A DNA stretch of 64,000 bases from Gaiellales bacterium (GCA_964203045.1 CAXNKU010000010.1:4490-68489); one strand, 5' to 3'; shown: positions 10,733-20,608, counted from the stretch's first letter. Notes: generated by a model from the letters alone, not told the origin. Numbers and translations are program-made.

Positions 10733-10810
10733 CCCGCGCCACTCGGCGGCCTATCTGGGCTGCCCACGAGCCCACATCACGATCTGTGATGTCGGCTCGT
10801 GGCGGCGACT

Positions 10811-10930
10811 GTGGGGAGGACATGACAACCGCGCGGATGTGGTGTCCTCCCTAGAGGAGAGGCAAATCAATTCAGCACCGGCGATGTGGGGGAGGACACC
10901 ACATCCGCGCGGTTGTCATGTCCTCCCCAC
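10811..10930. repeat. Family A REPIN-like doublet
   Basis: Perfect 41 bp inverted repeat 10811-10851/10890-10930 with a 38 nt spacer, between convergent genes. Confidence 0.88.
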
Positions 10931-10970
10931 CCGAGCAATCCAGCATCCCGCAGGCTCAGAGGCAGAACAC

Positions 10971-12568
10971 TTAAGAGGCGAACGGTGAGCGCAGTGCGCG
11001 ACCAGGGCAGTGCTCTGTTCGCTTGCCGTCGAAGACCGTCGGTACGCCGCCGAGCCAGACGTGGGGAATACCGTCGGGTGTCTGGCGCGGGTTCTCGTAC
11101 GTGGCCGTGTCGTTGATGCGCTCTGGGTCGAACGCGACGAGGTCGGCGACCATGCCCGGACGCACGAGGCCGCGGTCGACCAGGCCGAGACGGGCAGCCG
11201 GAGCGCTCGTCATGTGGCGGACCGCCTCCTCGAGCGTGAGGATGCCGAGCTCGCGCGCGTAATGAGCGAGGTAGCGAGGGAACGTTCCCCAACCACGCGG
11301 GATGCGGACGGCCGCCAACCAGAATGCCGTCGCTGCCAGCCGTATGCGCAGGGTGCTGCATGATCGTTCGGACGTTCTCTTCGTTGCCAATCTCGTGCAA
11401 CGCCGTCGCCATCAGGCGATCATCGGCTGCCAAACTACAGAAGAGATCCACCGGGCGCTCGCCCCGTTGGGTCGCGAGCTCGGCAATCGAGTGGCCGACG
11501 GCCCAGCTCTGCGCCGTATCGCCGACGCCACCAACGACGATCCACGACCAGTCGATCGGTACGCCATGGAAGCCATCGGTGCCGGTCTCCTCGAGCTCGA
11601 CACGCAGCTCGCTCGCGCAGGCTGGGGTCACGCAGTCGAGCGATCGTCGGCATCGGCACCACCGGCAAAGGCCCAGCCGAGCAAGACCGAATGGACGATA
11701 GGTGTTGCCGGCAAGGTACGGGTAGGTGTCGAAGGTGATATCAACCCCGCGCCCACGAGCCGCGTCGATGATTGCCAGCAGCTCGGGTGCGCGTCCCTTG
11801 TTGTTCGGGAAGCCAAGGTGCGTATGCGCGAGATGGAGCGGAATCGCCGCGGCCTCAGCGGTGGCGATCGCCTCGGTGTAGGCCTCGATTGCGTGCGCGC
11901 CGTAGTTGCGATGGTGGGGAGAATAGAACGCGCCCGTGCCACGCAACACGCTACAGAGCGCGATCATCTCGTCCTCGTCGGCGAACATGCCGGGTGCGTA
12001 GGTGAGGCCCGCTGACAGACCGAACGCTCCCTCTGGCGAGGGCCTGGCGGACGAGGTCCTGCATCTGCCGCAACTCGTCGGCCGTCGGCGCGCGGTCGTC
12101 GGCGCCCATCACGAGCATGCGGATCGTGCCGTGACCGACGAGAAAGGCGACGTTCGTCGGTACGCCGGCGTCGAAGCGCGCGAGATAGTCGGCCACGCTC
12201 CGCCAACCACGGGGGTAATCGGGATCGCCGTTCCAGCCGGCCAGCGCACTCCGCAGCTCGGTCTCGACGACCTTATCCGCAGGCGCGAGGCTCAGCCCAT
12301 CCTGGCCAATCACCTCGAGCGTCACGCCCTGACAGGCCTTCGCCTCGTGGGTCGGGTCGGCGAGCTGGACGAGATCGCTGTGCGTGTGCATGTCAATAAA
12401 GCCGGGTGCGATGACGAGACCAGCAACGTCGAGCGTCGTCGTCGCATCGCCCACGATCTCGCCGACCTCCACGATCTGCCCGTCACGGACCGCGACATCG
12501 GCGCGTACCGCCGGCGTGCCCGAGCCGTCGATCACCTGGCCGCCGCGCAGCAGCAGGTCAAACGTCAT
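10971..12568 (-). CDS. N-acyl-D-amino-acid deacylase (D-aminoacylase), several frameshifts
   Basis: APGFIDMHTHSD, GHGTIR, DTYPYLAG, GSDG...HPR, GTFPR and ADLVAFDP, spread across ORFs 11951-12568, 10867-11988 and 10971-11390. Confidence 0.85.
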
Positions 12569-13365
12569 CGCACGTCATCTCCCGACTCGATCACGAGCTC
12601 GCGCGTCATCACACCATTTCCGGCTGTCAGACCACCATCGACCGGCAAGACGGCGCCGGTAATCCACGCCGCCGCATCGGAGGCGAGAAAGGCCACAGCC
12701 TGCGCGATGTCCTCCGGTTCGCCAATGCGTCCAAGCGGGTACCAGCGTTCGAGTCGCTCATAGAAACCTGGGTCGAGCGCCTGCCGGTCCTCCTGGACAG
12801 ACGTGCGGATCGAGCCGGGCATGACCATGTTGGCTCGCACGCCATGGGGGCCATAGCGAACGGCAAGCGATTGGGTCAGGTTGATCAATCCGGCCTTGCC
12901 AGCCGAGTAGGCCTCGCCGCCGTAATACCCAGTCGAGTTGATCGATCCGATCGTGACGATCACGCCACGCCGCTTGGCCACCATCGAGGGCAGCGCGCGC
13001 TGCGTGGCGATAAAGGCGGAGGTGAGGGTGCCGTGGAGGTCGCGCTCCCACTCTTCGAGCGTCATCGTCATCGCACCATCGGCCCGCGCCGAGAAGGCAT
13101 TGCAGACGACAAGGTCGACGGGACCGTAGGTCGTTTCGGCGAGCGTAAAGAGCTCGTCGACCCCGGTCTCGGTGCTGGCATCGCCCGCCACGCCAATGAC
13201 ACGGCGGCCAGCGGCTAGGTGCTGCTCGACGAGCGGAGCACAGCGCTCGGGCAGCAGGTCGTTGAAGGCCACGGCAGCACCCTGGTCTGCGAGCAGGCTG
13301 ACGATCGCGTGACCGATGCCGGCTCCGCCGCCCGTTACTACTGCAACTCGTCCATCAAGCGTCAT
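12565..13365 (-). CDS. SDR family oxidoreductase
   Basis: TGGGAGIG, YSAGK, ITGAVLPVDGG. Confidence 0.9.
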   Translation of the reverse strand: MTLDGRVAVVTGGGAGIGHAIVSLLADQGAAVAFNDLLPERCAPLVEQHLAAGRRVIGVAGDASTETGVDELFTLAETTYGPVDLVVCNAFSARADGAMTMTLEEWERDLHGTLTSAFIATQRALPSMVAKRRGVIVTIGSINSTGYYGGEAYSAGKAGLINLTQSLAVRYGPHGVRANMVMPGSIRTSVQEDRQALDPGFYERLERWYPLGRIGEPEDIAQAVAFLASDAAAWITGAVLPVDGGLTAGNGVMTRELVIESGDDVR

Positions 13366-13385
13366 CTGGTTATCTCCCCGCCGTA

Positions 13386-13397
13386 GATTCTAGAATC
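13386..13397. promoter_or_regulatory. Palindromic bidirectional -10 element
   Basis: GATTCTAGAATC gives TAGAAT on both strands. The + copy is 6 nt before ATG 13403. Confidence 0.5.
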
Positions 13398-13402
13398 AGC
13401 GC

Positions 13403-14671
13403 ATGGACATTGTCGCCTTCGAGCAGTTGCTCGACGACCCGATCGACTGGCGCTACAAAGGCTTCCCCGTCGTGGATCCACCCGCCACGCCTCGCACGAT
13501 CGCAGCCAAGGGCTGGAATATCTTGCGCGGCGATGTGCCGCTGCCGATCATGGCGATCCGCGAGGACTCGGTCGCTGCGAACATCGCAACGATGAAGGCG
13601 TGGTGCGCGACGCACGATGTGTCGCTCGCGCCGCACGGCAAGACGACGATGTCGCCCGAGCTGTTTCGTCGCCAGCTCGATGCCGGGGCGTGGGCGATTA
13701 CGGTCGCGCACGCCGCGCAGGGTCGGGTCTGCGCAGCCTTTGGTATTCCCCGCGTGCTGATCGCAAACGAGGTCGTCGAGCCGGCGGCCGTGCGTTGGAT
13801 CGGCGATGCGCAGCGGGCGGGAACTGAGGTCTGGCTGCTGGTCGACTCGGTTGCCGGCGTCGAACGTTTGGCTGCGGCTCGTGGCACAGACGACCCACCA
13901 ATTCGGGTGCTGATCGAACTCGGTATGGAGCAGGGCCGTGCGGGGGCTCGAACGCAGGAACTCGCCGAGGCGGTCGCCGCCGCGGCAGTCGCTGCCGATG
14001 GGTTGATCCTCTCGGGCGTGGCGGGCTGGGAGGGACACATCGGCGGCCCCGATCTCGACGTCGTTGAACAACAAGTTGACGCCTATTTGCTGCGCATGCG
14101 CGCACTGGTTGAGGCGCTGGCCGCGGCTGGGCAGTTTGCCGACTGCGACGAGGTGGTCGTGACGGCTGGTGGCAGCGCCTGGTTTGATCGCGTCTCGGCG
14201 CTGTTGCGACCAACGATCGAGCGGCCGCTGCGGCTGGTCGTGCGCTCGGGCTGCACGGTTTCGCACGACGACGGTCTCTACCGTCGGCTGTCGCCCTTCG
14301 AGCGTGGAGCGATTGCGGGTGAGGGTCGATTGACGGCAGCGCTCGAAGCGTGGGGAGTCGTGTTGTCCGTGCCCGAGCCGGAGCTCGCAATCGTTGGCTT
14401 TGGCAAGCGCGACGTGCCGTTCGATATCGAGTTGCCGATCGTGCGCTGGCACGCGCGCGACGGCGTCGTGCGTGAGTCCGAGGGCTGTGAGATCACGGCC
14501 CTCAACGACCAGCATGCGTTTGTGCGCGGCAGCGGGATCGCCGACCTCGCGGTGGGTGACCTGATCGGGTGTGGCATCAGTCACCCGTGCACGGCCTTCG
14601 ACAAGTGGCGGCTGCTCCCACTGATCGACGCCGATCGCACGATCACCGGCGCCGTCCACACGTATTTCTGA
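13403..14671 (+). CDS. Type III PLP amino acid deaminase (D-serine dehydratase/alanine racemase fold)
   Basis: LAPHGKTTMSP (PLP Lys), TAGGSAWFD, GKRD, LNDQH, GISHPCTAFDKW. Confidence 0.87.
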   Translation: MDIVAFEQLLDDPIDWRYKGFPVVDPPATPRTIAAKGWNILRGDVPLPIMAIREDSVAANIATMKAWCATHDVSLAPHGKTTMSPELFRRQLDAGAWAITVAHAAQGRVCAAFGIPRVLIANEVVEPAAVRWIGDAQRAGTEVWLLVDSVAGVERLAAARGTDDPPIRVLIELGMEQGRAGARTQELAEAVAAAAVAADGLILSGVAGWEGHIGGPDLDVVEQQVDAYLLRMRALVEALAAAGQFADCDEVVVTAGGSAWFDRVSALLRPTIERPLRLVVRSGCTVSHDDGLYRRLSPFERGAIAGEGRLTAALEAWGVVLSVPEPELAIVGFGKRDVPFDIELPIVRWHARDGVVRESEGCEITALNDQHAFVRGSGIADLAVGDLIGCGISHPCTAFDKWRLLPLIDADRTITGAVHTYF

Positions 14672-14723
14672 TCAGCGCTGCAGCGGCCGCGGACTCGACA
14701 AATGCGAGTCCACGGCCGGAGCA

Positions 14724-16277
14724 CTAATCGCCCTTGATGGGCGTACGATTACGGGTGCGCTCGGCACGCGACGAGGGGACCCAGCGGTCTGGATCGTCCA
14801 ACGCAGCGGCATCGATGCGACGACACGCATTGTTGTACGGGCCGTTGATGACGTCGTCCGGATCGGCCTGTGCGCGGCGGGCAATATCTAGGAAGGCATT
14901 GCCAAACGTGTCGAGGTCGTCCTTTGAGAAAGACTCGGCTGGCTCGGGCGTGATCGGCTCGGGCACCAAGTACGGGTGGTGGCTCGTAAAGACCGGCTGC
15001 AATCCGTAGTCCGAGAGGTTGCGGGAGATGTCGGAACTGCCGACGCCTGTCTCTTCCTTGAACCCTTCGAGCGACCAGCGGAACTGCTCGAGTGGCGTGT
15101 TCGATGTCGGGAACGGCTGCGACATTCCTGGTACCTCACGCAGCAGCGCAGCGAGGTAATTGGCGTTGAGGACAGCCGTCTCGGCGACCTCGCGAATGCC
15201 GTCAGGGCCGAGCGCGAGGATCCACGAGTACGAACGCACTGCAATCTGCGCGTTGCCAACGAAGCTGCGGATCTTGCCAATCGATTCGGGTCGATTCCAA
15301 TCCAGCTCGAACCGATCACCATGCTTCTCGACGACGGGAGCCGGGAGGAAGCGCACGAGGTCCTCTCGCACGCCCGACGCACCCATTGCCGGGCCCATGC
15401 CGTTGTGCGGCGACGAGAAGGTCTTGTGCATGTTGAAGTGGCAGAGGTCGAAGCCTGCCTCCTTCGCACGCGCGATACCCATCATGCCGTTGGCGTTCGC
15501 CTGGTCGTAGACGCAGAGTCCGCCGGCCTCGTGGACGAGGCGTGTGAACTCCTTGATGTGCGGGTTATAGATCCCGGTGTCTTCGGGGTTGGTGATCACG
15601 ATGCCCGCCGTGCGATCGGAGAGCGCGGCCTTCAGCGCGTCGACCTCGGGATAGCCATTCGGGCCGGGGTAGAGCTGGACGATCTTGTAGCCGGCCGAGT
15701 ACGGACCCGACTGGTCGCAGGGGTGCGAGAAGATCGACGAGATGATCTCGTTGCGCTGCTCACCCTCGCCGCGCGAGCGATGGTACGCGCGCACGATCGA
15801 GGCGTTGGTGTAGACAGCCGCCGAGCCCGAAGGGGGCTGCAGCGTGAAGCGGTCGAGGCCCGAGATCGCGCACAACATCTGCTCGAGGCGCCAGAGGATC
15901 TCGAGGATTCCCTGCACCGTGTCGACGTGCTGGAGCGGGTGCAGGCCAGACACCTCGGGCAGACGCACCAGATGCTCATTGACCTTCGGCGAGTACTTCA
16001 TCGTGCAGGTGCCGAGGCCAAAGTCGACTGCAACGTCGTTGCCCATCGTCTCCTGCGAGAGACGCATGAAGTGGCGCATCAGCTGTGGCTGAGCGACCTC
16101 GGGCAGGCGTGGCGGCTCCGCGCGCTGGAAGTTCGCGGGGATGCCGCTGAGCGCGTCGGGCACTCGGGCCGTGATCTCTGCCTCCGGGGGCGACGGAATG
16201 TACCCACGCTCGCCGGGGGTACCAATATCCGAGAGCAGGGGCTCGTTCCATCGAGCCTGCTGAAACTGTGCGGTCAT
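14724..16277 (-). CDS. gcvPB: Glycine dehydrogenase subunit 2-like (divergent)
   Basis: GTCTMKYSPK, TNPEDTG, DQANAN, HFNMHKTF (PLP Lys). Confidence 0.85.
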   Translation of the reverse strand: MTAQFQQARWNEPLLSDIGTPGERGYIPSPPEAEITARVPDALSGIPANFQRAEPPRLPEVAQPQLMRHFMRLSQETMGNDVAVDFGLGTCTMKYSPKVNEHLVRLPEVSGLHPLQHVDTVQGILEILWRLEQMLCAISGLDRFTLQPPSGSAAVYTNASIVRAYHRSRGEGEQRNEIISSIFSHPCDQSGPYSAGYKIVQLYPGPNGYPEVDALKAALSDRTAGIVITNPEDTGIYNPHIKEFTRLVHEAGGLCVYDQANANGMMGIARAKEAGFDLCHFNMHKTFSSPHNGMGPAMGASGVREDLVRFLPAPVVEKHGDRFELDWNRPESIGKIRSFVGNAQIAVRSYSWILALGPDGIREVAETAVLNANYLAALLREVPGMSQPFPTSNTPLEQFRWSLEGFKEETGVGSSDISRNLSDYGLQPVFTSHHPYLVPEPITPEPAESFSKDDLDTFGNAFLDIARRAQADPDDVINGPYNNACRRIDAAALDDPDRWVPSSRAERTRNRTPIKGD

Positions 16278-17656
16278 GCCAACACCTCCGTCAGAACTTC
16301 GACAAGTCGATCGATGTCGTCCTTCGTGTGTACCTCAGTGACTGCCCACAGCGACGAACGGCCGAGGGTCGGGAAATCGACGGACAGATCCTTGCCGCCG
16401 TAGATGCCATGAGCACGCAGTGCGTCATCGACGGCGCTGACCTCATGGTTGTCGTACGTGATCACAAACTCTTTCAAGATCGGACCACTAAAGCGTGGTC
16501 CGGTTACACCGGGGATCTCGCCAAGGCGCTCCGCCGCATAGCGCGAGCGCTGCATCAGCCCCTCGCCAAGCTCGCGCAGCCCCTGCGGTCCAAGCAGGCC
16601 GAGGTAGGCCGCGGCCGTGATTGCCCACAGTGCCGTGGTGGTGCCACCATTCTGCGATCCCTCACCACGCTTGACGTAGTGCGTGCGATCGAAGTTGAGG
16701 TAGCCGAAGCCGTTCTGGCCGGGCTCGAGCGTCTCCGTCTTCGCAAAGATGAAGGCCGGGCAGCTCTCGATTACGGCGGGATCGTTGTGGAACGCGAGGT
16801 AGCCAGAGAGGCCACCGCCGTAGCTCATGTGCATGCCGAGTGGCTGGACATCGCCGACTGCGAAGTCGGCACCAAACGAGCCGGGTGCGGCGAGCAGACC
16901 GAGGCCTGTCGGATCGGCACCAACCACGGCGAGGGCGCCGTGCTCGTGGGCAAGCTCCACAACCTCTGGAGCCTGAAAGTCGACAACGCCGAGAGCGTTC
17001 GGATATTCGATGTAGACCGCAGCGACATCGTCGGCGAGCGCGGCGCGCAGCGCGTCGAGATCGAGCAGCCCGGTCTCCTCGTTGAACGGGATCTCGTCGA
17101 CCTGAACGTCGTGGCTGAGATAGTCGGCGAATACGAGCCGGCGATCGAGCAAGAGTGCCGCTGGCACGAGAACGCGCTTGCGTCCCGTCAGCATCACGCT
17201 GCTCCGCAACGCCATTGCGGCGGCGGTCGACCAGTCGTAGTTCGGCGTCGTGACCACGTCGAGCTCGACGAGCTCGGCCATCAGATCCTGGAACTCCCAG
17301 AGTGCTTGCAGGCGCCCATGGTCGCCGTAGGTGTCGCCCGCATACGAGGTGACGAACTCACCGCGCCGATTGATCTCGTCGCAGACGGCAGGCACCTCGT
17401 GCTGGTAGCAGCCGGCGCCGAGGAAGCTGAGCACCTCGGTGGCTGGCGTGTTCTTGTTGAGAATCCCGGTGACGTGACGACGCAGTCGTCCCTCTTCAGG
17501 GATGCCTTCCTCCATTGGCAGGCGCTCGTTGTAGCGCAGCTCCTTGGGAACCGTGGTGTACAGCTCCTCAGTTGACTTGGCACCGATGATCCGCAGCATC
17601 TCTGCGCGTACCTCCGGGGCCGAGTTAGGAATGTAAGGATGGGGCATTGCAGTCAC
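16274..17656 (-). CDS. gcvPA: Glycine dehydrogenase subunit 1-like (divergent)
   Basis: HPYIPN, SFLGAGCYQH, GDVQPLG, SYGG. Confidence 0.85.
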   Translation of the reverse strand: MTAMPHPYIPNSAPEVRAEMLRIIGAKSTEELYTTVPKELRYNERLPMEEGIPEEGRLRRHVTGILNKNTPATEVLSFLGAGCYQHEVPAVCDEINRRGEFVTSYAGDTYGDHGRLQALWEFQDLMAELVELDVVTTPNYDWSTAAAMALRSSVMLTGRKRVLVPAALLLDRRLVFADYLSHDVQVDEIPFNEETGLLDLDALRAALADDVAAVYIEYPNALGVVDFQAPEVVELAHEHGALAVVGADPTGLGLLAAPGSFGADFAVGDVQPLGMHMSYGGGLSGYLAFHNDPAVIESCPAFIFAKTETLEPGQNGFGYLNFDRTHYVKRGEGSQNGGTTTALWAITAAAYLGLLGPQGLRELGEGLMQRSRYAAERLGEIPGVTGPRFSGPILKEFVITYDNHEVSAVDDALRAHGIYGGKDLSVDFPTLGRSSLWAVTEVHTKDDIDRLVEVLTEVLA

Positions 17657-18744
17657 TCCACTCGGTAAATGGTCTCTTCGTCGTAGCCCGTGACCAGCTT
17701 GTGCCAGCCACGCAGCTCGGTATCTGTCGCTTCGTCTCCGGTATCGACCAACAACGGTCGACCTCCCAATGCTGCGAGTTTGGCAGGTGTTGCCACCACG
17801 GTCAATCGAGTCAGGCCGGCGCGACGCAATACGGCCGGCGAGAGCTGCTGGTTACCGCGACCAAGCACAAACCCCTGGCCGCCGATCGGCGTCACCACGG
17901 TGGTGGCACCGTCGTCATTAAGGGCGGCGAGCAGCTCGGCTTCCGACCCATCGTGGACGACGACCTCGCCATCGCGAACGAGGTCGACACCGAGCAGTGA
18001 GGTCTGCAGACCGAGTGCCGCACCAATCGCCGCGAGTGTCGTGCCGCAGCCGAGCAGGAGTGTTGTGCCCTGCATGCGCTCGGCGACGCGATCCGCGATA
18101 CCGCTCACGGTCGCCTGGTCCTCGTCGTTGCTTGGCGACTTGGTCCCAGCGACGAGACCCGGACCGAGTGGGACGCGGAGCGTGCCGTAAAGACGCGGGC
18201 CAACACGACCATGGGCCGTGCCGCTGTCGTCGAGATCGACCACCTCCGCCACGCGCTCGCGGCGACGACCCACGTACCACGCGGCCGCCAACTCGCCGGC
18301 CGCCCGTGGCGACTGAGCAAACGTTGCGCTCTGAATCTTGACGCCCGCCGGGATGCCGAGCGCGACGATCGTGTCTCCGACCGTGCTGCAGACATCGCGT
18401 GCCGTGCCATCGCCGCCGGCGAAGAGGATCAGCTCGACGCCTGCCGCTGCGAGCGCGGCGACGGCGGCACAGGTATCGGCTGCCGTCGATTGTGTCCCGT
18501 CAATGGCTGCTCCCACAACGAGCGTTGGCTCGCGCCCTGCGAGCAGCATGCTGGTCTCGCCCATGTCGCCACCCGCGCAGGCGATCGGCAGGTCGGGTGG
18601 TAGTTGTCGGAGCGCGAGCGCGGCGCGTTCATGCGCGTGGGGGATAGCACCTAACGCACGCGCCTGCTCGACGAGTCCGTCGGTGCCCTTCAGTCCCACG
18701 CTGCCGCCAAGGCCCGCGACGGGATTGACCACGAGACCGATCAT
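17653..18744 (-). CDS. ATP-NAD kinase family protein
   Basis: NPVAGLGG...LKGTDG, GGDGTARD, IPAGVK, GRGNQQ. Confidence 0.85.
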   Translation of the reverse strand: MIGLVVNPVAGLGGSVGLKGTDGLVEQARALGAIPHAHERAALALRQLPPDLPIACAGGDMGETSMLLAGREPTLVVGAAIDGTQSTAADTCAAVAALAAAGVELILFAGGDGTARDVCSTVGDTIVALGIPAGVKIQSATFAQSPRAAGELAAAWYVGRRRERVAEVVDLDDSGTAHGRVGPRLYGTLRVPLGPGLVAGTKSPSNDEDQATVSGIADRVAERMQGTTLLLGCGTTLAAIGAALGLQTSLLGVDLVRDGEVVVHDGSEAELLAALNDDGATTVVTPIGGQGFVLGRGNQQLSPAVLRRAGLTRLTVVATPAKLAALGGRPLLVDTGDEATDTELRGWHKLVTGYDEETIYRVE

Positions 18745-19481
18745 GCGTCGTTCAGATGGGCGGCGAGGCGATCGGCCGCCGTTTCGATCATCAGCTCGCC
18801 GAGCTCGCGCGTGGCGGTGGTTGGATTGCCGTAGACGCCGCTGGGCGCTTCGGTCAGGGGACGGGGCGCACGGATGATCGGGTCGCTCGAGCCTGGACCT
18901 TCCGACAGCTCCTTGCCAGCCGGCGCCGGCAGGCGTTCGTCGACGGCGAGCCCACCGAGGTACAGCGCGATCGAGGTCTCGACCTCACCGGCATGCCCCA
19001 CGCCACCACCATCGCTTGGCGACAGTGCCTTGATGCGCTCGGGGTCGACGAGCGTCCAGTAGGAGAGGAACTCGACGATCGTGGTGTTCGCGACGAGGCC
19101 GCCGACAGCCGTCACTGCTGGTCCGATATTGCCGGCATGGCCATTGACGATTGTCAGTCGCTGAAAGCCCGCGGCGGCAGCCGAGCGTGCCACGTCGCTG
19201 ACGAGCGAGACCAGCGTCGTGGGCGAGAGCGACCAGGTCGCACCGAGCGGGAGCCAGTGGTCGGACGAGCCGAACGGCAGGCCAGGCAACAGCGCGACAT
19301 CGCGCGGGCAGCGCTCGGCAGCGCGATCGCAGACGGCCTGTGCCGAGGCGAGATCGAAGCCCGTCACGAGGTGGGTGCCATGCTGCTCGGTCGAGCCAAT
19401 TGCCCACAGCGCCGGCACACCGGCGGCGGCGAGGGCGCGTACTTCGGGGGCAGCGAGCAGAGCGAGACGATGCGCAGTCAT
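18741..19481 (-). CDS. Creatininase family amidohydrolase
   Basis: GSTEQHGTHL, NGHAGN, HAGEVETS. Confidence 0.88.
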   Translation of the reverse strand: MTAHRLALLAAPEVRALAAAGVPALWAIGSTEQHGTHLVTGFDLASAQAVCDRAAERCPRDVALLPGLPFGSSDHWLPLGATWSLSPTTLVSLVSDVARSAAAAGFQRLTIVNGHAGNIGPAVTAVGGLVANTTIVEFLSYWTLVDPERIKALSPSDGGGVGHAGEVETSIALYLGGLAVDERLPAPAGKELSEGPGSSDPIIRAPRPLTEAPSGVYGNPTTATRELGELMIETAADRLAAHLNDA

Positions 19482-19498
19482 GGCGATACGATAGTCAG

Positions 19499-20143
19499 GT
19501 GAGGCACGCCGTCAACCAAACCTTTGCCGCCATCAGCGCCGCGTTGGCTTCCGACTGCCTCGATCGGCTGGGCTTCCGGGACCACGTGCTCGACCCTCGT
19601 GTCGTCGCACTCGAGCCGGGCATGCGCGTGGTCGGACCTGCTCACACGTTGCTCGCGAGCGACCAGCCTGGCGACGCCAGCGACCCGTACGCGGGCGAGA
19701 TTGCCGCCGTTGACGCGATTGGTCTGGGCACCGTCGTGGTCATCAGTACCTGTCGCGAGGCCGCGATCTGGGGCGAGCTGCTTGCCACCAGCGCGACGGC
19801 CCGCGGTGCGGTCGGTGTGGTCAGCGACGCACCCGTACGCGATACGCAGCAACTCTGCGCGATGGGCTTTGCCACCTTCTGCGTCGGTGCATCGCCACGC
19901 GACTCGCAGGGGCGCGTGTCGATCGCGGCGCACAACGTGGCGATCACCTGTGCGGGCGTCGAGATTGCCCCCGGCGACCTGATCGTTGGCGATCGCGACG
20001 GCGTCGTCGCAATTCCTCAACAGGCGATCGACGAGGTGGTTCGGCTGGCGGGGGAGAAGCTCCAAGGCGAAGACACGGTGCGGGCAGCACTTGCCGCCGG
20101 GCAGACGTTGCGTAGCGTCTTCGACGACTACCGCATTCTCTAG
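19499..20143 (+). CDS. RraA family / HMG aldolase-like protein
   Basis: ASDCLD, AIWGELLA, VRD, PGDLIVGDRDGVV. Confidence 0.85.
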   Translation: MRHAVNQTFAAISAALASDCLDRLGFRDHVLDPRVVALEPGMRVVGPAHTLLASDQPGDASDPYAGEIAAVDAIGLGTVVVISTCREAAIWGELLATSATARGAVGVVSDAPVRDTQQLCAMGFATFCVGASPRDSQGRVSIAAHNVAITCAGVEIAPGDLIVGDRDGVVAIPQQAIDEVVRLAGEKLQGEDTVRAALAAGQTLRSVFDDYRIL

Positions 20144-20153
20144 CTCCGCCGCC

Positions 20154-20194
20154 GTCAACTTTGCATAGGGGCCTGACCCCAAAGCAAAGTTGAC
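20154..20194. repeat. Family B palindromic repeat (single copy)
   Basis: GTCAACTTTGCATAGGGGCCTGACCCCAAAGCAAAGTTGAC; the same unit forms a doublet at 34043-34145. Confidence 0.8.
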
Positions 20195-20251
20195 CTGCGC
20201 CCACTCGCCGTGCTTGGATTGCGTCCACGAAGTCGTGGAGAAGGAGGAGCC

Positions 20252-20608
20252 ATGGGTGGATTCGAGCGAGGCCAGTTCGATCACATCGGAGTCGTCACCG
20301 AGGAGCATCAGCACGGCGAGACGTGGGTCGAGGCGACGCGGGTGTGGGTCACCAACCCGCGTGCTCATTCGCACCACGTCGAATTTTTGCGCTTCGAGCC
20401 CGACACGCCCGTCACCGGACCACTCCGCACCGACCCGCACGTGGCGTACCGCGTGACAGATCTCGAGGCCGCGATTGGTGACGACGAGGTATTGCTCGAA
20501 CCGTTCGTGGTGGGTGACGGTTTTGCCCGCGTTGCCTTCGTCCGCGTCGGCGGAGCACTCGTCGAGTACATGGAATATGCAGACCCCAATGAGGAGGGAT
20601 GGTTCTGA
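20252..20608 (+). CDS. Hypothetical protein, VOC/glyoxalase-like
   Basis: FDHIGV...HVAYRV...LVEYME; RBS AAGGAGG. Confidence 0.65.
   Translation: MGGFERGQFDHIGVVTEEHQHGETWVEATRVWVTNPRAHSHHVEFLRFEPDTPVTGPLRTDPHVAYRVTDLEAAIGDDEVLLEPFVVGDGFARVAFVRVGGALVEYMEYADPNEEGWF

Noticed and set aside
10813-10930. Recurring peptides (GHHNRADVVSS, EDTTSARL, FWARAQNV) in several ORF translations
   Set aside because: These are translations of the intergenic palindromic DNA repeats, not protein domains.
10971-12568. Programmed frameshifting in the D-aminoacylase
   Set aside because: Multiple shifts without slippery heptamers; sequencing error or decay is more parsimonious.
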